A stretch of DNA of 64,000 nucleotides, taken from assembly GCA_943787795.1 (NCBI GenBank), contig CALSNU010000001.1, positions 928,001 to 992,000 of the forward strand. The letters run 5' to 3'. The stretch comes from an uncultured bacterium (GTDB lineage Bacteria > Planctomycetota > UBA1135 > GCA-002686595). Both the position numbers and the translations under genes were made by a program. Positions within the stretch are counted from its first letter, which is position 1, and each line of letters begins with the position of its first letter. Positions 9,596-19,816 of the stretch are shown here, in pieces. The notes under the pieces were generated by a model, which worked only from the letters and a program-made list of their open reading frames with translations, was not told where the DNA came from and searched no databases.

Positions 9596-10719
9596 GGCCT
9601 GCCCACGGGCTCTGGAGCACGGCGGCGCTCGCCGGGCTGCTCGCCGTCGCTGGCTGCCAGTCCACCAAGAACCGCGAGGTGCGGCCGGACTCCCGGCCCG
9701 TGCCCGCGGCGCCCGCGGAGGTCGCGGTGAGCCCGGCCGCGGAGCGCGGGGCGGATGGCACAGTGGAGTCCGGCACAGTGGAGTCCGGCACAGTGGCGTC
9801 CGGCACAGTGGCGTCCGGAGTTGGGGCGTCCGGAGCTGGGGCGTCCGCCGCATCGGAAGCCGGCGGCGCGGGCGCTTCCAGTGTGTCCGCGGGAGTACGC
9901 GCCGGCTGGCCCGACGATGTCGATCTAGAGGCCGGCGCTGTCCTGGCCTCGGTGGGGGGGCGAGCGATCCGGGTCGGGGACTTCTTCTCGAACCTCGCGG
10001 TCCGAGAACCAGCGCTCCTGAGGGTGCTGCTGGACGACCTGGTGATCTCACGAATCCTTGTGCTGGAGGCCGGGCGCCTGGGCCTCGAGCCACCTGGCGA
10101 GGAGGTCCAGGCGCTGGCCAAGCAGGGGGTGAGTGAGGTGGGGCAGCAGGCCAGCAAGGCGGGCTACACGAACCCCGACGACTTCATCAGGGCCACGGTC
10201 GGGATCGAGCCAGAGGTCTATCTCCGGCGCCTCACCGAGAACGCGGCCATCGAGTCGCTCGCTCCGCGCTGCGTTCGGGCGTGGCTCCTGGCAAGTGATC
10301 GACGCGATGTGCGAGTGATCGCCGTGGAGGGCCAGTCCGCTCGAGACGAGGTCATGGCCCGCCTGGCCCGTGGAGAGGCCTTCGAGTCCGTGGCGCGGGA
10401 CCTCTCGCTCGATGCCTCCCGGGAAGATGGGGGGCGCTTCTCGCCGCTCGTTCGATCGGAGAGCGTCATGGCGAGGATGGCGTTCGCGACCGAGGTGGGG
10501 TCCTGGACGGGGCCCGTGCGCAGCGGAGGCGGGCTCGTCTTCCTGAAGGTCGAGGCCAAGCCAGCCGTCCTGCAGGGGGCCTGGACTGCGGTGGGGAGCG
10601 CTGTGGAGGCGAGCTTGTCAACCCGGCCCGTGGACCCCATGGAGATCTCACAGTGGAAGGAGGCGATGCTGCGTCGGCACGACGTGGACACCCAGCCCTT
10701 CCTCGACCTGATTCGATGA
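9592..10719 (+). CDS. PpiC/parvulin-type peptidyl-prolyl isomerase lipoprotein (PrsA/SurA-like)
   Basis: Lipobox LAVAGC and parvulin motif GEAFESVARDLSLDASREDGG. ATG at 9592 overlaps the upstream TGA. Confidence 0.75.
   Translation: MRPAHGLWSTAALAGLLAVAGCQSTKNREVRPDSRPVPAAPAEVAVSPAAERGADGTVESGTVESGTVASGTVASGVGASGAGASAASEAGGAGASSVSAGVRAGWPDDVDLEAGAVLASVGGRAIRVGDFFSNLAVREPALLRVLLDDLVISRILVLEAGRLGLEPPGEEVQALAKQGVSEVGQQASKAGYTNPDDFIRATVGIEPEVYLRRLTENAAIESLAPRCVRAWLLASDRRDVRVIAVEGQSARDEVMARLARGEAFESVARDLSLDASREDGGRFSPLVRSESVMARMAFATEVGSWTGPVRSGGGLVFLKVEAKPAVLQGAWTAVGSAVEASLSTRPVDPMEISQWKEAMLRRHDVDTQPFLDLIR
9757..9846 (+). repeat. In-frame 15-bp tandem repeat (GTVES/GTVAS pentapeptide)
   Basis: Four copies of ggcacagtgg(a/c)gtcc plus two degenerate copies. 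Confidence 0.85.
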
Positions 10720-10797
10720 GCTTGGCCGGCAGAAGAAGCGCGCGGGCCGGGGGGAAGCGCGCTTGAATTGGGGTCGGCAGATCGCCAATCTCCTGTC

Positions 10798-11661
10798 ATG
10801 GACGACGCGCTGCTTGGAGCGGAACTCGAGGACATCGAAGCGACTGCTGTGATGGAACAACCGGAAGACTCCGTCGGGGAGGCCTCGCCCGCTGGCGGCG
10901 CCGCCCCTGATCCTGCTCCCGCAGACGAGTCCGGGGACGCCCCGCCGCCCGAGGATGCTGGGCACCCCGCGGCGGCAGATTCAGCTGGGTTGGATTCAGC
11001 GGGGTCGGATTCCGCTGGGTCGGATTCAGATGGGGCTGATCCGGCGGCTGCCAGCACCGAAGAGGTCACCCCCGAAGCTCCGAGCGACTCGTCGGAGGCC
11101 GAAGCGGCAGATCGTGGGCCTGGACCTGGTGCGGACCTGACGGATGATCAGCTCGAGGAGCGCACCCTTGCGCTGCTCTTTGCCTCTCCCGACCCGCTCT
11201 CGGTGGGTCGACTCGTGAGCCTCCTTGAGCGGCCGCCGGCCGCGCGGGTCCGGGCAGCCATCGAGGCCATCGGCCACCGGCTCCAGACGGCGGGGCTCCC
11301 GCTCCAGCTGCGGGGGATCCGCGGCGGCTACATGGTGATGACCATCCCCGAGATGGGAGAGGTCGTGGGGCGCCTCGCGCGGGGCCCCGCGATCGAGCGC
11401 ATCAGCCCGGCTGCCCTCGAGACCCTCTCCATCGTCGCGTACCGTCAGCCGGTCACCAAGGCAGAGATCGAGGCGATCCGCGGCGTCCAGGCCGGTCCGA
11501 TCCTGCGATCGCTGGTGGATCGTGGCCTGGCCCGCGTGACCGGGCGAGCCGATGTTCCCGGACATCCTCTCCAGTACGGGACGACCAAGGACTTCCTCGA
11601 CCGATTCGGGCTCATGGGCCTGGATGACCTCCCCAGGGACGCAGAACTGGCCCGGGACTGA
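10798..11661 (+). CDS. scpB: SMC-Scp complex subunit ScpB with long acidic N-terminal extension
   Basis: ALLFASPDPLS, AALETLSIVAYRQPVTKAEIEAIRGV and YGTTKDFLDRFGL...DLP are canonical ScpB motifs. Confidence 0.93.
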   Translation: MDDALLGAELEDIEATAVMEQPEDSVGEASPAGGAAPDPAPADESGDAPPPEDAGHPAAADSAGLDSAGSDSAGSDSDGADPAAASTEEVTPEAPSDSSEAEAADRGPGPGADLTDDQLEERTLALLFASPDPLSVGRLVSLLERPPAARVRAAIEAIGHRLQTAGLPLQLRGIRGGYMVMTIPEMGEVVGRLARGPAIERISPAALETLSIVAYRQPVTKAEIEAIRGVQAGPILRSLVDRGLARVTGRADVPGHPLQYGTTKDFLDRFGLMGLDDLPRDAELARD

Positions 11662-11715
11662 ATCCCGAGCGGCGGAGAACGGGGCTCGGCCGGGCGAGGG
11701 CGCTCGCGCCGTTCG

Positions 11716-11925
11716 GACAGGAGGGCCCTGTCAGGAGGGTCCTGTCAGGAGGGTCCTGTCGGGAGGGCACCGTCAGGAGAGGACGGCTTGAGGGCACGGC
11801 TTGAGGGCCCCTTCAGGAGGCCCCGGCTGGATGGCCCCTTCAGAGCCCCGGCTGGAGAACCCGGCTGGAGAACCCGGCTGGAGAGCCCCGTATGGAGAGC
11901 CTGTCTGGAGTGCCCCTCGCTGGAA
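11716..11925. repeat. Intergenic mosaic of degenerate 13-14-bp tandem repeats
   Basis: About three copies of cctgtcaggagggt, two of (gg)acggcttgagggc, three of ccggctggagaac, plus degenerate derivatives. Confidence 0.8.
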
Positions 11926-12022
11926 GAGGCCTGGGACGTCTCCGAGGTCTCGCATTCGCCGCCCGGCCCTCGCTCGCCCCCCAAAGGGGTGGTCGACCAT
12001 GAGCCCTGCTCGGTTCCGGCGG

Positions 12023-12052
12023 TTGCCTCGCTCCATCGGCGCCCCGTACACT
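12023..12052 (+). promoter_or_regulatory. Putative sigma70 promoter
   Basis: TTGCCT-N18-TACACT about 100 nt upstream of ATG 12150. Confidence 0.45.
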
Positions 12053-12149
12053 CTTGCGCCGACCATTCGTCGAACCCCGCTGCGCGCGGAGCGGATTCCC
12101 CGCTCTCGTGCTCCGAGCGGCCCCGAGGGCCGTCCACCGACTCGATCCC

Positions 12150-14066
12150 ATGTCCCAAACCCCGCAGAAGCCTGGCGCCACGACCCCGAAGCATCACGAG
12201 GATGACCTGATCGTCGTTCCGGAGGGCAAGAGCCGCCTCCGCTACATCGCAACGATCGGTCTCGTCGTCTTCCTGCTGGTCATCTTCGTGGTCGCGGACA
12301 CCTTTCAGTCCGCGCTCTCCGGCGGTGGAGGGGACCAGGATCCGGTCTATCTCACCTGGACCGACCCGATCTCGAAGGCGCCCCGGCAAGTCCTGGGGTC
12401 GGAGTTCAATGCCACCGCTCGTGACCTGGGGATGATGGAGAACTTCGGCTTCTTCAGGCCCTACAGCGCCGCCTTCAGCGACCCGCTGTCGCCGGACCGA
12501 GGCCGCGGGGGGCTCGAAGAGGAGGACGTCGCCTCTTTCTTCGTGTTCGAAGGGATCGCGAACAGCATCGGGATCGAGGTCAGCAACGAGGAGCACAAGG
12601 ACCGGCTTCGGGGTAGCTTCGGCGACGCCGAGGGGCTGAGGAGGGGCGCCACGCTGGCCCGGATGCCTGTGGAGCGGCTGGAACAGATCATCCGCCGCTG
12701 TGAACGGGTCGGGAAGGTTTGCGCCCAGATCCTCCTCTCGGTGGAGGCTCCCGACGCGGCTGCGATCGAGGCTGAGTGGCTCGAGGAGAACCCTCTCTTC
12801 AAGTTCAATGTGGTGACCGTCAAGACCGACCAGTACGTCGATCAGGCTCGCTCCGAGGCCCCGGACGACGAGACCCTCGCGGCCTGGTTCCATGAGCGCC
12901 CTCTGTTCGAGCAGCAGGGTCTCTTCACGGCCCAGACCGTCACGGCGGATGTGGCGTACGTTCCTGTCGGGGAGGGAGCCGCCTACGACGCGGCCGCGCT
13001 CCTCGCGGCGTATCCGGCGCCAGAGGGAACCGATCTCGCCGAGCAGGCGAGCAGCTACTACACCGTCAACCGCGCCACGCGGTTCGCCGTGCCGGCCGAT
13101 CAGCAGTTGGTCGCCACGGTGGGTGAGGACGGGGAGAAGATCATCCCCGAGACCCCGAAGCTGTTCTACGAGCTGGAGGAGGTGCAGGAGCAGGTCGACT
13201 TCGAGGCGCCCATCTACGCCGCGATGCGAGCCTGGCTTACGGACCTTCAGGACCGACGCACCCAGGGCGAAGAGGTGGACTTCGCGGCCGAGGCCGCGAG
13301 CTACGGCCTGACCTTCATGGCCGGCCCCGAGGGAGGTCTTGAACGCTCCGAGCTCGAGGCGCAGGCTCCCTGGGGCACGCCGATGATCGCGGGGATGCTC
13401 ACCTTCGCGCAGGAAGGGGCCTTCCTCCCGTCCGTCATGATCGGCAGCAAGTCCATGGCCATCGCGCTCGCGCGGGCCAAGAAGGATCGGGAAGAGCCCC
13501 CCTTCGCTGACATCCGGGATGAGGTCCTGGAGATGTGGGCGACCAGCCGCTCGGCGGAGATCGCCGTGGAGACCCTCGACGGGGTGCGCCTGGTCCTCGC
13601 GGCCAAGCCCGAGGACATTGAGGCCGCAGACTGGCGGCCCGAGATCGACCTCGCTGAGCTCCAGAAGCTGACCTCCGAGGCCGGCTACTCGGTCATCGAG
13701 CGGGACTGGCTCGGTCAGAACTCCGTCCCCAACGATGACTTCGCCGCAGCGACACCGCTCCAGCGCTTCCTCAGGGGTAACGTCGAGATGCACGCGCTCG
13801 AGGCCGGGCAGGTCGCCCCTGCGGTGTCCAGCCCCACCAGCGACGAGGTCTTCCTCGTGCGCATGGAGGGCAAGAAGAGCCCGCCCATCGAGGACATCGG
13901 GGCCCTGGGGCTGCTCAGGGCGCGAGAGATGGCGAAGAGCGACGCCTTCCAGGCCATGGGCACGAAGATCTTCCTCGGCGATGGCGAGTGGATGACAGAC
14001 ACCGTCCAGGTCCGGTTCCCGGAGCGAGATCGCCGAGAGGCTGCCAAGGAGCAAGGCGGGGAGTAG
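12150..14066 (+). CDS. Membrane-anchored periplasmic chaperone, PpiD/SurA-N-like
   Basis: Single N-terminal TM (IGLVVFLLVIFVV), about 640 aa, acidic. Motifs GIEVSNEE, PDDETLAAWF, PPFADIRDEV and VDFAAEAASYGL resemble the PpiD architecture. Confidence 0.6.
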   Translation: MSQTPQKPGATTPKHHEDDLIVVPEGKSRLRYIATIGLVVFLLVIFVVADTFQSALSGGGGDQDPVYLTWTDPISKAPRQVLGSEFNATARDLGMMENFGFFRPYSAAFSDPLSPDRGRGGLEEEDVASFFVFEGIANSIGIEVSNEEHKDRLRGSFGDAEGLRRGATLARMPVERLEQIIRRCERVGKVCAQILLSVEAPDAAAIEAEWLEENPLFKFNVVTVKTDQYVDQARSEAPDDETLAAWFHERPLFEQQGLFTAQTVTADVAYVPVGEGAAYDAAALLAAYPAPEGTDLAEQASSYYTVNRATRFAVPADQQLVATVGEDGEKIIPETPKLFYELEEVQEQVDFEAPIYAAMRAWLTDLQDRRTQGEEVDFAAEAASYGLTFMAGPEGGLERSELEAQAPWGTPMIAGMLTFAQEGAFLPSVMIGSKSMAIALARAKKDREEPPFADIRDEVLEMWATSRSAEIAVETLDGVRLVLAAKPEDIEAADWRPEIDLAELQKLTSEAGYSVIERDWLGQNSVPNDDFAAATPLQRFLRGNVEMHALEAGQVAPAVSSPTSDEVFLVRMEGKKSPPIEDIGALGLLRAREMAKSDAFQAMGTKIFLGDGEWMTDTVQVRFPERDRREAAKEQGGE

Positions 14067-14121
14067 CGCCCCTCGCTCGCGTGCCGCGGCGGACGCCGAG
14101 GTGCGACCCTAGGGGAGTCAG

Positions 14122-14157
14122 GGAGGGGGAGCGCTCAGGCGCTCCCCCTCCTTCGTT
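14122..14157 (+). terminator. Probable intrinsic terminator hairpin
   Basis: 13-bp perfect stem ggagggggagcgc-tcag-gcgctccccctcc followed by ttcgtt, 55 nt after the stop codon. Confidence 0.6.
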
Positions 14158-14296
14158 CCACTCGGCCTCCCTCGTTCCACTCGAGGCGTTGGAGCGCTCT
14201 CCCTGCCTCGCGCGCGTCGCCTGCGCACGGCCGAGCCGTCCCCCGTGGAGGCCGAGGCTCGGCTCGCCATCACGCGGGCTCGGCGGCTGGGCATGC

Positions 14297-14367
14297 GGGC
14301 ACGGCTGAGGGGCTCGGCTGAAGGGCTCGGCTGACGGGCTCGGCTGACGGGCACGGCTGACGGGCAC
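14297..14367. repeat. 13-bp tandem repeat gggc(t/a)cggctga(c/a/g), 5.5 copies
   Basis: Directly visible between convergent genes. Confidence 0.9.
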
Positions 14368-14478
14368 TCTGGCTCAGCGGTCGACAAGACAGGCGCCGGC
14401 ACCGGGGCGGCTGGCGACCGCGCAGGGAGCGGTCGCTCGCCGGCGCAGGCCCCGCGGGCGCTCTCAGGCCCGCGGCGC

Positions 14479-16419
14479 TCAGGCGTTGGCCAGGATGACG
14501 CGGAAGATCGAGCCGCCGCCCTCTCGGGGGTGGGCCGAGACTCTGGCGCCCATGGCCTTGGCCTGGAGCGCGACGAGGTGGAGGCCCAGACCGGTGCCCT
14601 TGGTCTTGCGGGTCGCCTCGTCGCCGAGCCGCCTGAAGGCCTCGAAGATCCGCCCGCGGTCCTCTTCGGCGATCCCGGGGCCGCGGTCGAGGACCTCAAG
14701 GACGACCCTCGACTTGCGGTCCTGCAGTGTGCGCACGAGGATGACGTGCTCCTTCGGGCGCTCGCGGTCCTCCGGTTCGACTGGGCTCGAGGACCCCGTC
14801 GAGGGTCCCGCGGAAGACGCCGCAGGAGACGCATACTTGCGAGCGTTCTCGACGAGGTTGGTGAGGATGACGTGGATGCCGTCGGGCAGCAGTTGCACCG
14901 GCGGGAGGTGCTCGGCCAGCTCGAACTCGAGGTCCTTGGCGACCGTTCCGCCGACGAGCTCGAGGCTCGGCCTCACGGACGCGATCTCTGCGTTGAGGGA
15001 GCCGCTGGTCGGCTCGTGCGCCTGATCGGAGAGGCGTCGCCTCAGCAGGACGCGGTCCACGAGCTGATCGAGGCGGTCGGATTCCGCGACGATCCGGGTC
15101 AGGTAGTCAAGGCGTCGCGCCTCGTCCTGGAACCAGCCGTCCCGGAGCATCTCGCCATAGAGCTTCACCGCGGCGATGGGGGTGCGGAGCTCGTGGGTGA
15201 CCGAGGCGACGAAGTTTCGCGTGCGCTCCGTCTCCTCGCGGCTCCGCCGGACGCTGCTGAGCAGGAGCCGGATCCCGATGGTCATCGAAAAGATGAGCAC
15301 GAGCGCCACGGCCGCGAACCACGAGTTCTGCACGCGGAACCCACGGCGGCGCTCGCCCACGTCAGCCGCCACGAACATCGTGCCCCGTGACATGATGTCG
15401 GGCGGCGTGTCCTGCTCCATCTCGAAGAACGGCAGGAGGTTGTCGAGGGCGAAGTAGACGTCGGGGTCGGGGTCCTTGGCCAGGCGCGTCCTGGGGGGCA
15501 GGAAGCGCAGCGACGGGCCGAGGACCTGTGCGGCCTCCTCCTCCGGGAGCCGCGAGAAGAGCCACTCCGGGTCAAACGCCACACCCTGGATCAGCATCAG
15601 GTCCCTGGTGATGGGCTCGAAGCAGCTCTCGATCAGCGGGATCGCGAGCTGGGGCATCACGACCCGGCGATAGGCGATCAGCAGCGGCCGGCCGGACGGC
15701 TCGAGCCGCGTGGTGCGGAAGGAGAAGAAGCTGACGTGGACGTCGTGCTGCTCGCCCTCGTAGAGCTCCTGGTTCGCGTCGAGGGCGGACCGGCACTCGT
15801 CGACTCCGGCGTCCGCGATGTTGAGCAGGACGGCTCGCAGCCGCCGAGAGCGCGTCTGTCCCCAGCCCTCGAATCCGACGCTCTCCAGCTCCGCTGTTGC
15901 GAGCGACTCGGTGGGCTCCGGTCCCTCCAGGAACTCGGCCCGAACGAGGTCCTCGAGGAGCGTCTGGATCGGGTCGATCGCCGTCGCGTCCTCTGCCCCC
16001 CGGAGCACATCGACCGCCACGGGCTCACCGAAGCGATCCTGAGCCGGATCGGGCGCGGCGAACGAGAACCACCCAAGCACCGAATCCGGGCGCGGCTCCG
16101 AGACCAGCGCGGTGTCCTCGGTCCGGATCGGGCCGAGGTCGTCCACGTAGGCTTCGGCGCGATAGGCCTCGAAGGGCCGCATGAACTCCCGCTCGAGCTC
16201 GATGTTCACCCGGCGGAAGCACTGCTCCGCCAGGCGTCGCGCCGCGTCCTCGCTCTCCCTTGGGAGCTCGAGGAGGACCCGCTGCTGCTCGCGCTGCAGC
16301 TGCCGCCAGAGGAGGCCGCCGAACACGACGGCAGGCAGGACCACCAGCAGGACGTAGAGGAAGAGCGCGGTCCGCCCCGAGGGGCCCCGGAGTTGAGACG
16401 GGCGGAGCGCGAGCCTCAT
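14479..16419 (-). CDS. Membrane sensor histidine kinase
   Basis: Two TM segments; H-box THELRTP; N-box NLVENARKY; DRGPGI; GTGLGL. Confidence 0.93.
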   Translation of the reverse strand: MRLALRPSQLRGPSGRTALFLYVLLVVLPAVVFGGLLWRQLQREQQRVLLELPRESEDAARRLAEQCFRRVNIELEREFMRPFEAYRAEAYVDDLGPIRTEDTALVSEPRPDSVLGWFSFAAPDPAQDRFGEPVAVDVLRGAEDATAIDPIQTLLEDLVRAEFLEGPEPTESLATAELESVGFEGWGQTRSRRLRAVLLNIADAGVDECRSALDANQELYEGEQHDVHVSFFSFRTTRLEPSGRPLLIAYRRVVMPQLAIPLIESCFEPITRDLMLIQGVAFDPEWLFSRLPEEEAAQVLGPSLRFLPPRTRLAKDPDPDVYFALDNLLPFFEMEQDTPPDIMSRGTMFVAADVGERRRGFRVQNSWFAAVALVLIFSMTIGIRLLLSSVRRSREETERTRNFVASVTHELRTPIAAVKLYGEMLRDGWFQDEARRLDYLTRIVAESDRLDQLVDRVLLRRRLSDQAHEPTSGSLNAEIASVRPSLELVGGTVAKDLEFELAEHLPPVQLLPDGIHVILTNLVENARKYASPAASSAGPSTGSSSPVEPEDRERPKEHVILVRTLQDRKSRVVLEVLDRGPGIAEEDRGRIFEAFRRLGDEATRKTKGTGLGLHLVALQAKAMGARVSAHPREGGGSIFRVILANA

Positions 16420-16427
16420 GGGGGTCC

Positions 16428-17153
16428 TCAGGCGTACCAGCGGTAGCCCTTTCCGCGGACGGTTTGAATGAGCGTCGGCTTGCTGGGCTCCGGCTCGACC
16501 TTTCTGCGCAGCCCGACGATGTGAATGTCCACCGTTCGGGTCTCGACGTTGGCGCTCTGGTAGTGCCAGACGTCAAGCAGGAGGTCTTCGCGGGTCACCA
16601 CGCGGTCGTGGTGCTCGATCAGATAGCTCAGGATGTCGCCCTCGCGGGGGGTCAAGGGGAGGGTTGTTCCGTCCCGGTGAACCTCCAGCCGCGCCAGGTC
16701 CACCTTGATGTCGCCGGGGAGCTCGAGCATGGCCGGCGGGGCCGACTCGAGCTTGTCGCGGCGGAACTGCGCCTCGATGCGCGCGACGAGCTCGCGCGGC
16801 GAGAACGGCTTCTTCATGTAGTCGTCCGCGCCCGCCTCGAAGCCCCGGATGAGGTCCTCCTCATCGGCCAGGGCCGTGAGCACGAGGACCCGCACCGTGT
16901 GCTGGTTCTCGCGCAGCTTCCGGAGCACGTCGAGCCCGCTCTGGCCGGGGAGCATGAGGTCGAGAACGATGAGGTCAAAGTCGCCCCCCTGGGCGATCTC
17001 GAGGGCGGCGTCCCCGTCGTGGGCCAGGGAGACGGTGTGCCCGGCATGCTCGATGGCGTCCCGGATGCCGAGGGCGAGCGCCTCCTCGTCCTCCACGACG
17101 AGGATCTTGCGGGAGGCCTTCGGGTTGGCTTGGGCGTTGGGGGCGGTGGTCAT
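16428..17153 (-). CDS. OmpR/PhoB-family response regulator
   Basis: ILVVEDE, LDLMLP, GADDYMKKPFS; winged-helix motifs TRTVDIHIVGLRRK and IQTVRGKGY. Confidence 0.95.
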   Translation of the reverse strand: MTTAPNAQANPKASRKILVVEDEEALALGIRDAIEHAGHTVSLAHDGDAALEIAQGGDFDLIVLDLMLPGQSGLDVLRKLRENQHTVRVLVLTALADEEDLIRGFEAGADDYMKKPFSPRELVARIEAQFRRDKLESAPPAMLELPGDIKVDLARLEVHRDGTTLPLTPREGDILSYLIEHHDRVVTREDLLLDVWHYQSANVETRTVDIHIVGLRRKVEPEPSKPTLIQTVRGKGYRWYA

Positions 17154-17434
17154 CGTCAGTACTCGTTGGGGTCAGGTGATCGCGCGACGCATCCTCTTAC
17201 GTCAACCACCCCATGCGGTGAGCGGGGATCGCGCGCCTCACCTTCGTGGAGAATGGAGGGTGTCGGTCCCATAAGAGGTCTTCGGGCGCTGGATACGCCG
17301 CTCGGTACCGCTATCGGTCCTTTTTGGTCCGTTCACGCCCAAAGGAGCCCTCAGAAGACCTCTCAGTGAAGCTCCCGGGGGGGGCACCGAGCCCACGCCG
17401 GCAGAGGAAGCCGCAGGTCTGGGATTCGGGGGGC

Positions 17435-19816
17435 TCAACGGTCTGTCGAGGTCACCGGAGCCGGGTCGATTCTGGGGCCGGCGCCTCGGATCAGGTCCGA
17501 ATCGGAGAGCGCCTTCGTGGCTTCTTCGGGCAGGAAGGAGAGCTCTCTCGCGGAGAACGGGCCGGTCTCGATCCAGCTGGTCGCCACCGGGAGGTCCCCT
17601 GCCGCCGCGAAGGCCGCGGCCATGAGGAGCCGCAGGGTCGTGGTGTCCACCCCGGCATCCCTGGCCCTCTGGTAGGCGAGGCGAAACTGGGTCGCCGCCT
17701 GCTTGGCGTTTCCGCTGCGCAGGTCCTGCTCTCCGAACAGCACCTTGGTCGCCACCATGAAGGCGTCTCTCTCGAGCTCCGCACCCCGGGCCGCCGCGTC
17801 CAACTGAGCGCGATAGGTCGAGTTGGCGTCGTCGAGGCGGACCTCGTCGAGCCCCTCTGCCTCGCGCCAGCTGGCCATCAGGGGCGCCGCGACCCCGAGG
17901 TGCCCCTCGAGAGTCTCCTCGAGGGCGAGCTGGCGGGCGAAGGCGGTGTCGAGTCGGCCGAGCTGAGAGAGCATCTGGAGCGCCTCGGTCACATCCGAGG
18001 GTTCGCGGCGATCGCAGGCGAGGCGCACCAGGTTCTGGATCAGGACCGGGGAGCGGGGGTCGAGCAGGAGCGCGCGGTAGAGCGCCGCCTCGGCCGCCAC
18101 GTAGTCGCCCTCGCGTGCTTCGAGGACCCCGAGGTTCATGAGCGCGGCGAAGCTGTACGGCATGTGGCGCAGCCATCGCTCGAGCGCGGCGCGCTGCTGC
18201 TGTGCGGGGGCGCCAGTCGAAGCGAGCTGGGCCCGGCGCATCTCGAGGACGATGGGGCTGTCGGGGGCATGGAGGGCGGCCCGTTTCAGGATGCCGTCCA
18301 CGAGCTGAGCGTCGAGCTTCTCCCGGCCGTCCTCAAGGACGATCCGCGCGCCTGGGATCTCGGCCATCGCCCGGCCGTACCGGACGAGGGATACGGCGCG
18401 GGGGGAGAGGAGCAGCAGAGCCAGGAGCGCGAGGCCAGGGGCGAGGCGCTCGTAGCTTTGCTGGCTGATGAGCTTCGGGCGTCGGGGCTCTGCTTGCTCG
18501 GGGTCGGCTCGGCCATCGCGGCCGAGGACCGTACCGATGAGGACGAAGCCGATCAGCGGGGCCACCGGGCCATAGAGCAGCGGCGAGTTCACCGTGCAGT
18601 TGGCGAGGACCGCGACCGTGGCGAGCGCCAGGTCCCGCCGATCATCGTCTCCAGCGGAGATCAGCCTCAGGGCTCGAATCAGCGCGAGCAGGAGCAGCAG
18701 GGCGAAGGCGCCACCGCCCACGAACCCGAGCTCCGCGAGCGCGGTGAGCGGGTCGTTGTGTGCGTGCTCCACCTCGATGGGCGTCGGCTCTCTGCGGTCG
18801 AACGAGGAGGCCTCGATCTCAGCGGGGTCGCGGAATGGAGGGAACGCGGCCTGGAACTGGCCCGGGCCCGCCCCGAGCGGAGCGTGGACCCCCAGGAAGG
18901 TCGGGAGCTGGGCCCAGGTCTTCAGCCGGAAGTCGAAGCCTCCGGTGGTGGTCTTGGTGGCGCTGCCCGTGGGGGCGGTGGCGGCCTCGCGGGGGGCCGG
19001 ATCGTCCGCGCCGCCGGTCGCCAGGCGCAGGCCGGTGGGGGCGAGGCCGATGAGGAGCGCGAGGAGCAGCAGCCGGAGTCGACGGGCGCAGCTCGGTCGC
19101 TGGACGCCACCGGCGGGTGCGAATTGGAGCGCGGCGACCGCAGCCAGGGCGGCCGCGCCAAGGCCGAGGAGCCCCGCGTACACGGGGATCGTTCCGACCT
19201 TGAACGCGTACAGCCCCAGGGCGAGGAGCCCCATGACGGCGAGGGGACCCTTGCTGCGCAGGAAGAGGCCGGCGCCGAGGATTGCGCCGGCGAGGGCAGC
19301 CTCGGAGAAGTCGCCGGAGTTGCCAAGCGCGGCTCCGCCGTCGGTGGTGAAGGCCGCAACGAGGAGGAGCAGCGTGATCAGGGGGAGGCCCTTGACCAGC
19401 ACCGCGCGGCCGCCGGGGCCCAGGGCGGTGCCCGCGATGGCCCAGCCCGCGGCGGCCGCGAGGGCGGCCACGGAGCGCCACGCTCCGAACACGTCGGTGG
19501 CGCGCGGCAGGTGGTAGGCCGCGAAGGCGAGGAGGACGTAGAAGAGGGGCAGCCCCAGCATGCGACTGCCGCGTCCGCGCAGCGTCGCGAGCAGCGCCGC
19601 AGGGATGGCGGAGAGGGCCGTGATCCCCACTCCGATGGAGGTGGTGTCCGGCGCCCCCATGAACGGACTCAGCGCGCCGCTGCCCGCGGAGAGAAGCTCG
19701 CCAGGGAAGCAGAGGACGGCCAGGGGCAGCAGCACGAGCCACGCCTGGAGGCGATCCAGGGAAGCTGCGTTGGCGCCCTCGCCCGCGGTGAGGGGCTCTG
19801 ATTGGGTGGGGTCCAT
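17435..19816 (-). CDS. O-antigen ligase (Wzy_C) family membrane protein with C-terminal TPR region
   Basis: Multiple TM helices; PLGAGPGQF and EHAHNDPL motifs; TPR-like 'ALMNLGVLEAREGDYVAAEAALYRALLLDP'. Confidence 0.8.
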   Translation of the reverse strand: MDPTQSEPLTAGEGANAASLDRLQAWLVLLPLAVLCFPGELLSAGSGALSPFMGAPDTTSIGVGITALSAIPAALLATLRGRGSRMLGLPLFYVLLAFAAYHLPRATDVFGAWRSVAALAAAAGWAIAGTALGPGGRAVLVKGLPLITLLLLVAAFTTDGGAALGNSGDFSEAALAGAILGAGLFLRSKGPLAVMGLLALGLYAFKVGTIPVYAGLLGLGAAALAAVAALQFAPAGGVQRPSCARRLRLLLLALLIGLAPTGLRLATGGADDPAPREAATAPTGSATKTTTGGFDFRLKTWAQLPTFLGVHAPLGAGPGQFQAAFPPFRDPAEIEASSFDRREPTPIEVEHAHNDPLTALAELGFVGGGAFALLLLLALIRALRLISAGDDDRRDLALATVAVLANCTVNSPLLYGPVAPLIGFVLIGTVLGRDGRADPEQAEPRRPKLISQQSYERLAPGLALLALLLLSPRAVSLVRYGRAMAEIPGARIVLEDGREKLDAQLVDGILKRAALHAPDSPIVLEMRRAQLASTGAPAQQQRAALERWLRHMPYSFAALMNLGVLEAREGDYVAAEAALYRALLLDPRSPVLIQNLVRLACDRREPSDVTEALQMLSQLGRLDTAFARQLALEETLEGHLGVAAPLMASWREAEGLDEVRLDDANSTYRAQLDAAARGAELERDAFMVATKVLFGEQDLRSGNAKQAATQFRLAYQRARDAGVDTTTLRLLMAAAFAAAGDLPVATSWIETGPFSARELSFLPEEATKALSDSDLIRGAGPRIDPAPVTSTDR

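Noticed and set aside
10798..11661. scpB without adjacent scpA or smc
   Set aside because: Split scpA/scpB arrangements are common, and the partner may lie elsewhere.
17270..17370. Glycine-riboswitch-like words (cgcc..aaggag, ctctcag) and an agaggtcttc/gaagacctct inverted repeat
   Set aside because: The match is partial and on the + strand with no downstream + gene. An Infernal/Rfam search would be needed to support it.
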